Source of the DNA: Octopus vulgaris
Lineage: Eukaryota
NCBI GenBank assembly: GCA_951406725.2
Contig: OX597823.1
Span: 91,946,001-92,010,000, forward strand
DNA: 64,000 nucleotides
Direction: 5' to 3'
Shown here in pieces: positions 41,166 through 53,982 of this stretch. The notes beneath the pieces are model-generated. The model ran no database searches. It saw nothing but the letters and a program-made list of their open reading frames with translations, and had not been told where the DNA came from. Position numbers and translations under genes: made by a program. How positions within the stretch are numbered: the first letter of the stretch is position 1; every line of letters begins with the position of its first letter.

Positions 41166-42559
41166 CATATATGTGCCCCTTTGTCAAATCCGTCTACCTG
41201 ATACTTTAATAGTCAATGCTTTCCCTGGAAATTAGCATTTTTTTTGTCTTCGGTTAGCAAGACACTTGATGTGAATTCGTGTGTTGAAACAAATTTTGTT
41301 GCCTTGAGAGAGCCATTGCACCAATAAAAGCAGGCGCATTGGTGCAATATCACATTTTTTTATTGCTAGTTTATTAAATATCTAACCAATGAACTAATCG
41401 ATCGTTCGTTTAATGTACTGATTAAACAATCAGTCGGTTGTTTGTTAGTCAAGGTGCTTTAGCCGCTCTTCACGATCTTTTCAGTGAGTTAGCTTCTCTC
41501 TCCCCAAGGTCTGCTCTGAGTCAGTCCGAGAATTAGTCTCATGCCTATATGCATATATGCTTGTACGTGTGCACATTGATGTGTGTTTCCTTAACTCCCG
41601 TACATTTTCCCGTTTCTTGCACCACCCTACACAAGCTGCTATAGTAAATTATCTTTTCGAAATCTTCACTTTAACACTTTACACTTCGCTACTCCCTCAC
41701 TTACATCCCTCATACCCAACCTCCCCATTAAACTGCGAGCCATCGAATATAATTATAACTAAAATATCTGTAAAGATCTCTTTACCCACAAACATATCCA
41801 TAACAAATTTAATGTGTTTACCAAAAGGAAATCTTGCTAAGATTTACTTCTACGTATTAACAAAGATCACATTAACATATTTATTTCTACATAACTTATT
41901 TGGATTACACGCTTTTCTGTTTAGTGTTTCAGTTACGAATTTACTTATAAATAAATATTCTAAGAGGGTTACAATCAATTTGAATTCTTTTTTTCTGAAT
42001 TCAATAAAATTTAATAATTTTTAAATTTATAACATTCACCGTAAAAAAACAGTAAAATATTACACACACACACACACACACACATTATGTGTATATATAT
42101 ATGAATGTAAATATATATATACGTACATAACTATACATATATACACATGTATATGCACATTCACACATGCACACAAATATGTTTATACATAGATACATAA
42201 ATGCATATATACATTCATATATACATAATACATACACACATATATATATACATACATACATACATGTGTATCTAAATATACATATGAAGAGGCCTTCAAT
42301 AAATTTATAGCAACGATACTAACACGCAACCTCGATTTAATTTGTAATAAATTCTTAGAAAATTATCCAAAATAAATTAAATTTCCTCTCTTCGTTTTTA
42401 CTTGGAATATAACAATTTTTAAATGATATACTCAGACCTTATAAACTTAATCATATCCATAATAATTCTAAAGTGTTTTCCAACGTTAAACTCTTCTACT
42501 ATTTTTCATTTTTAAATATCCATTAACCAACAGCATCTATACAAATTCATCTTCTTTAT

Positions 42560-43090
42560 CTAAGACACTATTTCTTTACCCGATTAAGCATGGATTTGAT
42601 TAAATTATGAACGACAGACTGATCCATGTTTATCCTGCCGTCGCTTAATGCATCTTTCAGCTTTGTCATTGATGTAATTTTCGATAATCTTGCTTGCAAA
42701 CTTTTATTAAAATGTTCTTATATATCTTGTATTATATTCCAGTAATTCATTTCCAAGTTTCTGATTCCATACTGTTATAGCATAAGGCACACATTTTCTT
42801 GTAAATGTTTGATTTTCTTACTAATTTCTACTTTACAACAGATGGGTAATCGATTCTTTTCAAATATATCAGAATATTTTAAGCAATTTCAATTATTTTC
42901 TATTTCGAATGAGCTCTCATCTGACTATCTTCTAAACTATTCCTCATACAGTATCTCCAAATACCCTATTCTACATTATAAATTGAAAATCCAGCTCCCA
43001 CTCGTGCATGTGGGTCATCATCCAGTTTTATTTCAAGATTTCTTGACAATTAGGAAAGTGCCGGTTTCTAACCTAGATCCAAGACTCCTT
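42560..43090 (-). pseudogene. Highly decayed Tc1-like transposase remnant
   Basis: Minus strand SDESSFE (about 42904-42924) and KLKDALSDGRINMDQSVVHNLIKSMLNRVKK (about 42575-42665) lie in the expected order; many stops. Confidence 0.4.
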
Positions 43091-43125
43091 CATTGGAATT
43101 TCAACTTCAAAAATATAGTATTTTT

Positions 43126-43350
43126 GTATGTATGTATGTATGTATGTATGTATGTATGTATGTATGTATGTATGTATGTATGTATGTATGTATGTACGTA
43201 CGTACGTACGTACGTACGTACGTATGTATGTATGTATGTACGTACGTATGTATGTATGTATGTATGTATGTATGTATGTATGTATGTATGTATGTATGTA
43301 TGTATGTATGTACGTACGTACGTACGTACGTATGTAAGTATGTATGTATG
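43126..43350. repeat. (TATG)/(TACG)n array
   Basis: Seen directly. Confidence 0.95.
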
Positions 43351-43440
43351 TGTGCAGATTTCTATGTGTGCAGATTTCTATGTTTTGTTTTATGTATGTC
43401 TTCTCATGAATATATATGTATATCCAGAAATGCTCATATA

Positions 43441-44335
43441 TATTTAAATGATAAACGTCTGGAAAGTTTTAGAGACTTTTACAATTCCAATGATGGACTG
43501 AATTTGTAGAGTTCGAATCAGCTTTCTTCTTTCTGGATTTGAGAAGCCTAATTTCTCAGTATTGATAGTTAGGCAGTGTATTACATATCTCAGAACTCCA
43601 ATAATTACTGGTATAAACCTGAACTTGTATTCTGGATAGAGTAACTGTAGATTTCTCAATAATTCAGCGTAGTTATTTACATTTTCGCAGATCTTTTGGT
43701 CTATGCGAATATGCGCTGGGCATCTGATTCCCACAACTGTACACAGATTCTCTTCTCTATCCCAAATCATTATATTAGGTCCATTATGTTTACATTTTAT
43801 TGAGATTTCCATTGAGATATTCCAGCAGTACTCTTTCTTAATATGAGTGGCTATGTCTTCTACCGTACTATGGGCTCTGGTTTCTTGATCTTCGGGGATT
43901 TTATTATATAGTGTTCTAGCTACAACAATATGTCTCACCGGTAGATAATACCGTGATGACATTTTCGGACAACTGCTTATGATGTGGGTGATATCTTCGG
44001 TGTTAATGAGGTTTGCATCGGTTGTCATATTTTGCTGATTTTCCTGCATCTCTGTCCCATTTGTGCATAAGGTATTCTGTTGATATTTGCTGGATTGCAC
44101 ACGCATACCCTTCAAAGTGAGAAGTAGAGATCCGGTTGTTAGTCCATAAGACACTGCTTTGATGAGCAATGTTACTATCGTCTCGAAGCTTCCTGCTAGC
44201 ATATTTATGCATGGTCTTGATCATACACGCTCATCCTTTCATCTGATGATATGGTGCGGTAGAATCGTGAAACTTCTTTGGGCATGTATTGAAGGTTATC
44301 AGACAAGGATACCAGATGAACTCACGATGCAGTAG
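43441..44335 (-). mobile_element. RLE-type (R4/Dong or related) non-LTR retrotransposon 3' fragment
   Basis: SHFEGYACAIQ...NRC, EDITHIISSCP...RHIVVA...KHNGPNIMIWDRE...IRCP...NYAELL...IPVIIGVL. Confidence 0.85.
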
Positions 44336-44349
44336 TCAAAACGATTAGC

Positions 44350-44772
44350 ACGTTGCAATGGTCAAAAAGAAGTGCAGCTCCGTACAAGTCGCTACATAGG
44401 GGCACTAAACAACTGGATGGAACATATACCAATCTGCTGAGAAAGATGCAGAACATCAGCTGGAGATCACAACCAACACTTAGTAACATCTACGGAAATC
44501 TAATACCAATAGTCCTCAAGCTAAAGCGGAAACGGCTAGAATTTGCTGGCCACTATCATCGAGCAGAGGAAGAGGTTATCTCATCCCTTCTCCTATGGCA
44601 TCCCTCTGGAAGTGTTTTCTCCAGGAAATTGACATTTCCAGAACCTATCTTTCGGGACACAGGTCTGGATATTAGAGGTCTGAACACAGCAATGCAGGAC
44701 CGTGTAGTGTGGAAAGGGATTGTCAATGGAGTTCCGACCAACCATAGATTGACCAAAGAATGATGATGATGT
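44350..44772 (+). mobile_element. RTE-X-like LINE 3' fragment with (TGA)n tail
   Basis: KQLDGTYTNLLRKMQNISW...RKRLEFAGHYHR...LLLWHP...DTGL...AMQDRVVW. Confidence 0.85.
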
Positions 44773-45130
44773 TGTAATAATGAAGCCAGACCTAGCAATA
44801 ATTTGAAATCATTTAGTACGTACGTTTCCGCTTTGTGCAATACACAATAAGAAATGCATCCATTTCGTAAGACCTTGTAGTGGAATTTCTTCTTATACTT
44901 TACACAGACCGGAAACGCAGACATTAGGTTATTCAGAAATATCTTCATATTCAGTTTAATTTTATTATTACAACTAATACACCTCGATGCCGGTATAAAC
45001 GAGCCAGTCTTGACTCTACTTATGCGTATAGTTTTAAAATAATTTTCAGTATGTTATATTCACTAGATTCGAAAAATTTGATACCGTACATCGCTTCTTA
45101 GCTTAATGCTAATATATATATATATATATA

Positions 45131-45372
45131 TAAGTAAAGACCCCCTTCGGTCATGAATGACCATGGGATTGCACCTAGAAAGTTACCCTCCTAGACACAA
45201 GTCCGGGCAAGGTTGTTTATGGAAGACCAGCAGTCGCCCATGCATACCAGCCTCCCTCTCCACGCCACCAGTGTTATCCAAGGGAAAGACAAAGGCCGAT
45301 ACAGCTTGGCACCTGTGACGTTGCAACTCATTTCTACAGTTGAGTGAACTGGAGCAACGTGAAATAAAGTGC

Positions 45373-45374
<2 letters not shown>
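45131..45374 (-). mobile_element. SINE family D body and tail (head missing)
   Basis: Minus strand AAGGCACTTTATTTCACGTTGCTCCAGTTCACTCAACTGTAGAAATGAG is CORE/V-domain-like. A related degenerate piece lies at about 15405-15530. Confidence 0.65.
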
Positions 45375-45440
<66 letters not shown>

Positions 45441-45441
45441 T

Positions 45442-45491
<50 letters not shown>

Positions 45492-45494
45492 GGG

Positions 45495-45639
45495 ATCGCC
45501 ACCCACCCTCACCGGGTTCTCGTGGAGCTTTAGTTGTTTTCGCTCAGTAAACACTCACAGCGTCCGGTCTGCGAATCGAAACCGCGATATCCTACGACCG
45601 CGAATCCGTTGCCCTAAGCACTAGGCCATTGCGCCTCCA

Positions 45640-45640
<1 letters not shown>
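45495..45640 (-). mobile_element. SINE family C head
   Basis: GAATCGAAACCGCG...GGCCATTGCGCCTCCAC. Confidence 0.85.
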
Positions 45641-45727
<87 letters not shown>

Positions 45728-46279
45728 GTAATTCTTAATTCTTGCCAAAGCTGCGAGAAGAAATCAACAGAGGATTAATTTTGATCCCATACTGCCTGTA
45801 ATAACCTGTGAAAAAAGACGTAGTTTCTCGTGAGTACAGTATAATATTTTCCTGAGATGTTATTCAATATATACGTACATACACATGCATCCTGCGATTT
45901 TATTAAATTCATAGACCACTCAGAATTTACGCACAGACTTCTCGCTTCACACTCATATGTCTCTGTTGAAAAACTGTCCCTTTAAAACTAAAAGCCACAT
46001 ATAGAAAACTATACGAATGAAACTATTACAGAATTTCGCAAAACTCATCACCCTCCACTTTCGAACTATAAATTTCCTCTTCAAAGCGAAAATTTCTGCA
46101 TTATCATATACATATCATATACATATTATATTTTATCTTCAAGCATCTGTAAATATTTATATCAAATACAAATACAATCTACGCTAATTCTTCACTACTG
46201 TGACATACGTTTATTCACAAGTAAACACTAACGCAAAGAGTAAATCAATGATAAACAAATATATTTAAAAAACAACAAA

Positions 46280-48637
46280 AAATGGTCTGTGAACGAAATA
46301 GACCTTCTGATAAATTCATGGTACTGTCTTGCCCAAACGAAGAACAGACACCTCATGCCGCGACCTAATAATAGCCAGACGCACAATTCAACTTTTCAGA
46401 AATTGCTCCGAAAAGCAAACTTAAACAAATTGAAATGACATTTAGTTTAATTATAGACATTTTGTAAAACTCCAACGTGTTTTCTCTTCAAATACTGGTC
46501 AACACCACCACCAACAACAACAACCATCACAACCACGGCAACAACAACAACCACGGCAACAACAGAAACTGCCTCGGCAACAACAAGAGCCACCACAGCA
46601 ACAACAACAACCATCACAGCAACAACAACGAACACCTCAGCAAAAACAACAACAATCACCACAGTAACAACAACAAGAACAAGAACCACAGCAGGAACAA
46701 CTGATCCAGCCTCAAACTTTAAGATGCTTAATTCAACCACAATTGATGATCTACTTAATGAGACGGTCAACTTCTCAGATTCCAGCTATTCACAGCCCAT
46801 TCAACCAGAGTTTGTTACCCACTCATCAAATCTCCAACAGCAGCAACGATTACAGCAACAAGAATCACAGCAACAACATCAACAATTACAGCAACAACAA
46901 CCACCTCAAAAACAACAACAGACACAGTTTCGACCTACTACCGTCCCAGTTTGTGATCAATCAACTAAATGCTTACCTGAAGACCCCTTAATGAATTTGC
47001 GAAACACGAACGTGCACAAATTAAAATCTATGCCACTCACTGCATACACACGAAACCCCAAAATATGCCGCTATTTACTACGCAAGAGGTTGTGCCCTGA
47101 CACTGATTGCAAATTCACTCATTGACCAGGAACTAGACGCTCAATTCCTACTCACAACAGCCGCTACCATCAAAGCGCACAAACTAAAACAACACCACTA
47201 CCACCACTGCCATCACCCTCACCAAATACTAAATCAAATTTGAAAAAAATAATCACTCATGTTACACGGAACTCTAGAGTCTGCCGCTATTCCCAGCGTA
47301 ACAGATTATGTCTACAGTATAATTGTTCATTTACACATCTCTCGGGGACAGGTCGCACAAATAAAAATATAAACGTAACCCATAACCAATACAAAACATA
47401 CAACCACAAACATTTCCAGTTCTCCAAACAGAATTCTTTTTTTAACCATAAGGAATCTAGCAAAGGAGCTACAAAAGAACCTTCTAGCCCTCATACAAGG
47501 CCACTTCCACCACCACCACCCTATTGCACAAACTCCCATTGCTGCCATTAACAAGCAAGTCACCAAAACAGTCAAAACCAATACCCGCTATCGCCTCAAC
47601 ATTTTTGCTCCATGCTACAAGGTATCAGCCATTCCACCTATGCCCAAAACTGGAAGATCCAATTAATTGAAGATTGTGTTAATGACCATCCACGCCATAT
47701 CCCTTTTTTCGTCCTCACTGAGACCCATCTCAATAACCTTCACTTGGAAGCTAAGGTGAAAGTGAAGAAATTTACAGCCGTCTGTGCAGATCGTGTTTGC
47801 AGAAGAAAAGGTGGGGCTGCCATTTTGGTGCACAATTCTTTTTCGGCTGAAGCAATGGACGTATATACCAATGGCTTCTGTGAAGCAACTTCCGTATTTA
47901 GTAAAACCAACAATTTAATAGTAGTTGGGTTCTATAGGCCACCCCTGACTCCTTTTCTACGTTTTAAGGAATGCCTCAACAGTATTAAGTGTTTCATCCA
48001 TCAGTATCATGATAACAACATATAAATTATGGGGGACTTCCACATTTGCAGAGTTCATTGGTCCACAAACAGTTTGAAACCAGGTTTTTCCGCCTCAAAC
48101 CCGATAAGGAAACAATCGAATATGCTTTTAAATGAGGATAAGTTTGATTTGATCCACTTTGGGAAAGAGAAAACTCTGAAATTACGACATGCTCTTTCCT
48201 CGGGCGACTCCCTAGTGTCATCCAACAATACCAGAGAGCTTGGAGTAATTGTTGATAACAATCTAAGCTGGAGTTCCCACGTAAATAGTGAGATTGACTT
48301 GACCCACAAAATGTGCTTCTGGATTCTGAGAACTATCCAGTCTAATTCGATATACATAGCAACATGGCGTCAAAATTACTTTACCTCAACCGGTCGACTT
48401 CTCTTTGATACCATACGAAAATACGTCAAAACGGAAACGGATCCCATAAAATTCAAGGGTTCATTGGACAAATACCTTCAAAAAATCTCTGACCAACCTC
48501 CTACACCCGGATATGTCTCCAACAACAATAACCCTTTGCTAGAGTGGGCTATGGTGTTCCATATATGACTAAAAGACTTCACCAGGTGGTGCTGGCCTGG
48601 GCCCATACTGGCCGAAAACTATCAAAGTTATCAAAGT

Positions 48638-48638
<1 letters not shown>
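46280..48638 (+). mobile_element. CR1-group LINE with ORF1 remnant, APE endonuclease, RT core deleted and intact 3' tail
   Basis: Two C-x8-C-x4-C-x3-H motifs (47066-47122 and 47282-47338). APE motifs LTETHL, RKGGAAI, YRPP, MGDFH. Then NEDKFDLIHFG...ELGVIVDNNLSWSSH...FKGSLDKYL...DQP and a (ATCAAAGTT)2 tail. The 5' boundary is approximate. Confidence 0.85.
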
Positions 48639-48676
<38 letters not shown>

Positions 48677-49156
48677 TTATATGTATATTTGTACATATAT
48701 GTTTGTGTGTGCACGCATGCGTGCGTATGTGTGTGTGTGTGCATGTTTGTGTGTGTGTGTGTGTGTTTGTGTGTATACCTGAATATATTCTCAAACTTAC
48801 AGGAATATATACAAATATATACACAATAATTGCTTCATAACAAAAAATTCCAAATATTTCACAGCGCAATATATTGCAGAGTGTGTGATTAAAGCGAACA
48901 TATAGGCTAGTTAGCCTATCATTGTCTTCTTCGACTCTATAATAGACTGTGCAATTGTGATTAGACGAAGCATCGTCTCTCTGCACGTCTAACCCTCGCA
49001 ACACCTTTATTACTTTTATCTCTTACGCCTTTCTGTCTATTTCACTGTGTTACGCCGACGAAGAGACACATACATAAATTTGTGTATAAATACGTGTACG
49101 TACACAAAATCATTAATGTACACACACACATACATACACACACACACATACATATA

Positions 49157-49316
49157 TACTTACGAAAACATTTATATATATATATATATATATATCCATG
49201 TCTCTCTTGCTATGTATATGTGTGTATGTTTCAATGTACCTATATATACATACACACACACAAACATATATATATACTTACGAAAACATTTATATATTAT
49301 ATATATATATATTTAA

Positions 49317-49381
<65 letters not shown>

Positions 49382-49499
49382 TGTCTATTTTGCTATGTAT
49401 ATGTGTGTATATATCAATGTACCTATATATGCATACACACATATATTTATATATATATATATATCTATATATATATATACTTACGAAAACATTTAAATG

Positions 49500-49551
<52 letters not shown>

Positions 49552-49620
49552 CATGTCTTTCTTGCTATGTATGTGTGTGTGTGTGTATCAATATACCTAT
49601 ATATGCATACACACAAACAT
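49157..49620. repeat. Three tandem copies of a microsatellite-containing unit
   Basis: TACTTACGAAAACATTTA...CATGTCT..TTGCTATGTAT...CAAT.TACCTATAT recurs near 49157, 49276 and 49478. Confidence 0.85.
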
Positions 49621-50484
49621 ATAGATATACTATCTAGTTTCTTAGAACACGTAGATAATTAAAAGATTTGTCACTAGTAATCAACTTATAGAACCATTGT
49701 TTGAAGAACAGTTTGGTAAAACTTTCCACAAAAGCCGGTTCAATTTATTATTTGAAATCCTTGAACTGTTTAAAGCTTGCGTTACTTCAATGACGGCTGA
49801 AGAAAATTACAACTGTTCAACTTGGTAAGTGGAACGAAATTATAGTGTTTGCATGATATCAATACCATTAAGAATACAGAAAATTTGAGGGGATTGATGA
49901 AAATACCACAAAGAATACACTTTGCGACTTATTCATAAGTCTAATTTATATGAACGATATGTCTTCGCTGTTTGTAGTTATTTCTATGTTTTGTTTTCCA
50001 TTCAAAATGATTTATAACAACCCGGAGGTCAAACTATTGTTATTGTGTTTGTAGGTCATAAGTTGCGCGTCTGTTGAAACAGAGACTGTTCGAAGTTGTG
50101 ACTGTTTTTGTAATCTTTTAGTTTTACATTAAATATCATACTTTCATAAAAAAACATACGACGGTAGGCATTTCTATTATGACCATACAGACTTTATAAA
50201 GACAAAAATATATTATAGCGACATATTTTTTCTTTGTAGTATATGAGTGGATAAATTCACGTATATTACACAGTATTCTTTCGCTATGAAGGCGTAAGAG
50301 TATGATTCCATTTCAAATGATAGTTTTGTATATTGTTTGAGAATACGAATGGTGATTATGAGACTCTCCGACTGTAGCGGCATTAGACGGCGGAGTCACA
50401 CTGTCCTATACACAAGCTAAAAGTTGATTGGTCGTAATACTTGTAAGGTTAACTGAATGCCTTATTTGGAAATTGCGTCACGTA

Positions 50485-50726
50485 TTCTCTTCTTTTACAT
50501 ATTTCAGGCATTTGACTGCGGTAATGCTGGAGCACCGCCTTTAGTCCAACAAATAGTCCCCAGGACTTAGTCTTTGTAAGCCTAGTATATATTCTATCGG
50601 TCTCTTTTGCCGAACCGTTAAGTTACGGGTACGTAAAAACACCAGCATCGGTTGTAAAGCGATGGTGTGGTCGGACAAACACAGACGCACAAACACAAAC
50701 ATACATGTATAGATACATGCATATAA

Positions 50727-50789
<63 letters not shown>

Positions 50790-50955
50790 CCACGGCAGGC
50801 TTCTTTCAGTCTCTGTCTACCAAATCCACTCACAAGGCTTTAGTCGGTCCGAGGCTACAGCAGAAGACACTAGCCCAAGTTGCAACGCAGTGGGATTGAA
50901 CCTGGAACCATGTGGTTAGTAATCATGCTACTTATCAAACAACCACTTCTGCGCC
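50485..50955 (-). mobile_element. Full-length SINE family B
   Basis: Reverse complement of 11215-11675. Confidence 0.88.
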
Positions 50956-51935
50956 TATATATATTTACAGGAAACGAATTTTCTTCTTTGAACCGCGATT
51001 CTACCATTCGTAGGCAACTAGCGACTGCATTATGTGGAGAATAGGAAATTTGTTCCGGAGGAGGCAAAGGATTTTATCACACAGGAGAGAAGTTTAAATG
51101 ATCAAAGGCAAATAATACCAGCATTATCGATTAAACCAAAGACGAATGCTCCAATCGAAACTGAGATATATACAATCAATATATAAAACAGAGTTCAATG
51201 AGATGACTGAATTGATAATTCTCTCCCATAATGTCATTACAAACTTAGAAAATCGGAATATGGTAGCTCATTTCTATCGTATTTAGACGGAATCAAAACC
51301 TGTTGGAGTTGATAACGTGTAGCTTATGCTAATGAAATAATTTCATATTTGATGAACTTTTAAAATATGGCAATTAATTATGATATGATGTAACACAAGA
51401 CATCATGAATTTTTAGGAACAGTTAATATGGAAATTGGTTATGGTTTTTCGCTACAGAAAGCGTCAAATCAAAACATTTTATCAATATAGCACTGTTTAA
51501 ATATTCAAATTTGATGACAGACACATTGCATGTAATTATTTTAATGATGCTACAACTGTCAGAAATCAAGATTCCTATTTGATTTCATGTCAAAATTTTC
51601 CAATATTGATGTCATTAGAATTGCGATAAATTTCATTGCTTTCGTACAGAAGGAATTTGGTGAATTAATGTGCGGACAACGATAAAAAAAATTATTGTTT
51701 AAGTGAATGCAAATATTTCTTCCACCATCGGAAAATACAATAATTGTTGTATTGCAACAGATTCCGAAGATGGTGAGATGACATGCATCGAAATTGATTA
51801 TTTAGATGCAGTTATAACTGTCAAGAATGGTATATATCTTCGTACGCAGCAGCAACATATCCAAGTCTTCTGACACTATGAGAAACGGACCAAAAGGCCG
51901 AAGAACAATATGACAAAGGCATCATTTTGCTTTGC

Positions 51936-51974
<39 letters not shown>

Positions 51975-51975
51975 C

Positions 51976-52022
51976 ATACATATATACATACATACACACA
52001 CACACATATATATATAAGAGAG

Positions 52023-52082
<60 letters not shown>

Positions 52083-52221
52083 TACATACATATATATATA
52101 CATATATATATACGCGTGTATATAACTATGTTTGCATGTATACGTATTATATACATATTATGTATATATATACGTATATATATATATATATGTGTGTGTA
52201 TTTATGTATTTATACACACAC

Positions 52222-52268
<47 letters not shown>

Positions 52269-52423
52269 GTGTGTGTATAAATACATAAATACACACACAT
52301 ATATATATATATATTTATATATATATACGTATATATATACATAATATGTATATAATACGTATACATGCAAACATAGTTATATACACGCGTATATATATAT
52401 GTATATATATATGTATGTATGTC

Positions 52424-52479
<56 letters not shown>

Positions 52480-52530
52480 GCTCTCTTTATATATATATAT
52501 GTGTGTGTGTGTATGTATGTATATATGTAT
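51976..52530. repeat. ~555-bp near-perfect palindrome centred on (TA)n
   Basis: Unique anchors TACGCGTGTATATAACTATGTTTGCATGTATACG and GTATTTATGTATTTATACAC are mirrored across 52226-52266. Confidence 0.9.
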
Positions 52531-52531
52531 A

Positions 52532-52743
52532 GGCGCAATGGCCTAGTGGTTAGGGCAGCGGACTTGCGGTCGGAGGGTCGCGGTTTCGATTCCCAGACCG
52601 GGCGTTGTGTGTGTTTATTGAGCGGAAACACCTAAAAGCTCCACGAGGCTCCAGCAGGAGGTGGTGATCCCTGCTGTACTCTTTCACCACTCTAAAAGGC
52701 GGTGCTCCAGCATGGCCGCAGTCAAATGACTGAAACAAGTACA

Positions 52744-52761
<18 letters not shown>
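52532..52761 (+). mobile_element. Chimeric SINE: family C head plus family B tail plus poly(A)
   Basis: GGCGCAATGGCCTAGTGGTTAGG...CTCTTTCACCAC is joined to AAAGGCGGTGCTCCAGCATGGCCGCAGTCAAATGACTGAAACAAGT-A(n). Confidence 0.85.
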
Positions 52762-52795
<34 letters not shown>

Positions 52796-53567
52796 TATAC
52801 ATACATATAGATACCTAAATGGACAAAACGAAGAAAGGAGCACTCAACACCTTTGAAAGATTTACATATATTATTATCTAAAGCAGTTTGATTTAAAATC
52901 CATCCAACTTAATATCTATTAGGCTCGTTATTGGAACCTATCTAGTCAACCTCAGGAGGCTGAAAAGAGAGATTTAACAAATCCCAGATTGGTACACGAA
53001 ACTGGTCTGCTGTTATTGGTGAAGACGGGTCATATGGTGTTGTTGCAAGTGGTATTGCAAGTGGTATCAGCGACATCAAATCGGTCAAATTTGAGATCCC
53101 AGTCTGGATTTGCTGCACCGAATGGTTTGATAGGAAGGAATTGGCGCCTTGCTACATCGATGAGCGCGTGCGTGAGTGTGTGTTTGCAAGCGCATGTATG
53201 AATGAGCGGAGGTGTTCATCCGATGCGTATGTATCAATTATGGATATGTTCATGTGTGTTGGTGTACATCAGCTCGATGGTGCATATGTATGTGTTTGTT
53301 AGGACAGTTTACCTAACCACCGCTGCCTGCACAGTCCACTGATAGATTTTCCAGCCTTATGCATTTTCTGTATTCGCATCCGATTGTCTTCATATACACG
53401 GCTGTGCATAAACACACACACATACACACACACGCACACACACATCTATGTGTATATGCTTTCCTCTCTTTCTTTCTCTCCTCGTGGTACCAAATCTTAA
53501 TCCAACGCCAAATCACGCACACAAATATACACGTACACACAGAAACTCATACCTAGGTACGTACATT

Positions 53568-53598
<31 letters not shown>

Positions 53599-53816
53599 GT
53601 GTGTGTGTGTGTGCAGGTGGGCGTGCGTGTGTGCAGGTGCGTGTGTGTGTGTGTATGCGTGTGTGTGTGTGTGTTCGTGTGATAAGAAGCAGGCTTCCCA
53701 ATCACATGGTTCCGGTTTCAGTCCAACTAAAATACACCCCAGATGTAAACACGCAAACAGGTACAAATGCACAAACGCGCACAGACATATACACACACTC
53801 ACACACCTATCTATCA

Positions 53817-53884
<68 letters not shown>

Positions 53885-53982
53885 GTCTATCTATCTATCT
53901 ATCTATCGATATATCTATTTATCTATCTGTTTATCTACCTATCCATCTAGTTACCTACCTACCTACCTACCTACCTACCTAC

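Noticed and set aside
44235-44296. CTGATGA...GAAAC hammerhead-like string on the plus strand
   Set aside because: Stems are weak, and the sequence is explained as the antisense of LINE coding sequence.
51757-51810. CCGAAGATGGTG...CATCGAAA hammerhead-like string
   Set aside because: The core is mutated and there is no convincing stem I or III.
52532-52605. tRNA gene
   Set aside because: A and B boxes are present, but the sequence continues into a SINE body, as in the other copies; it is a SINE head.
52985-53300. Long open plus-strand frame (GTRNWSAVIGEDGSYG...) and a faint gag-like reading on the minus strand
   Set aside because: No recognisable domain or splice context; it runs into TG-rich sequence.
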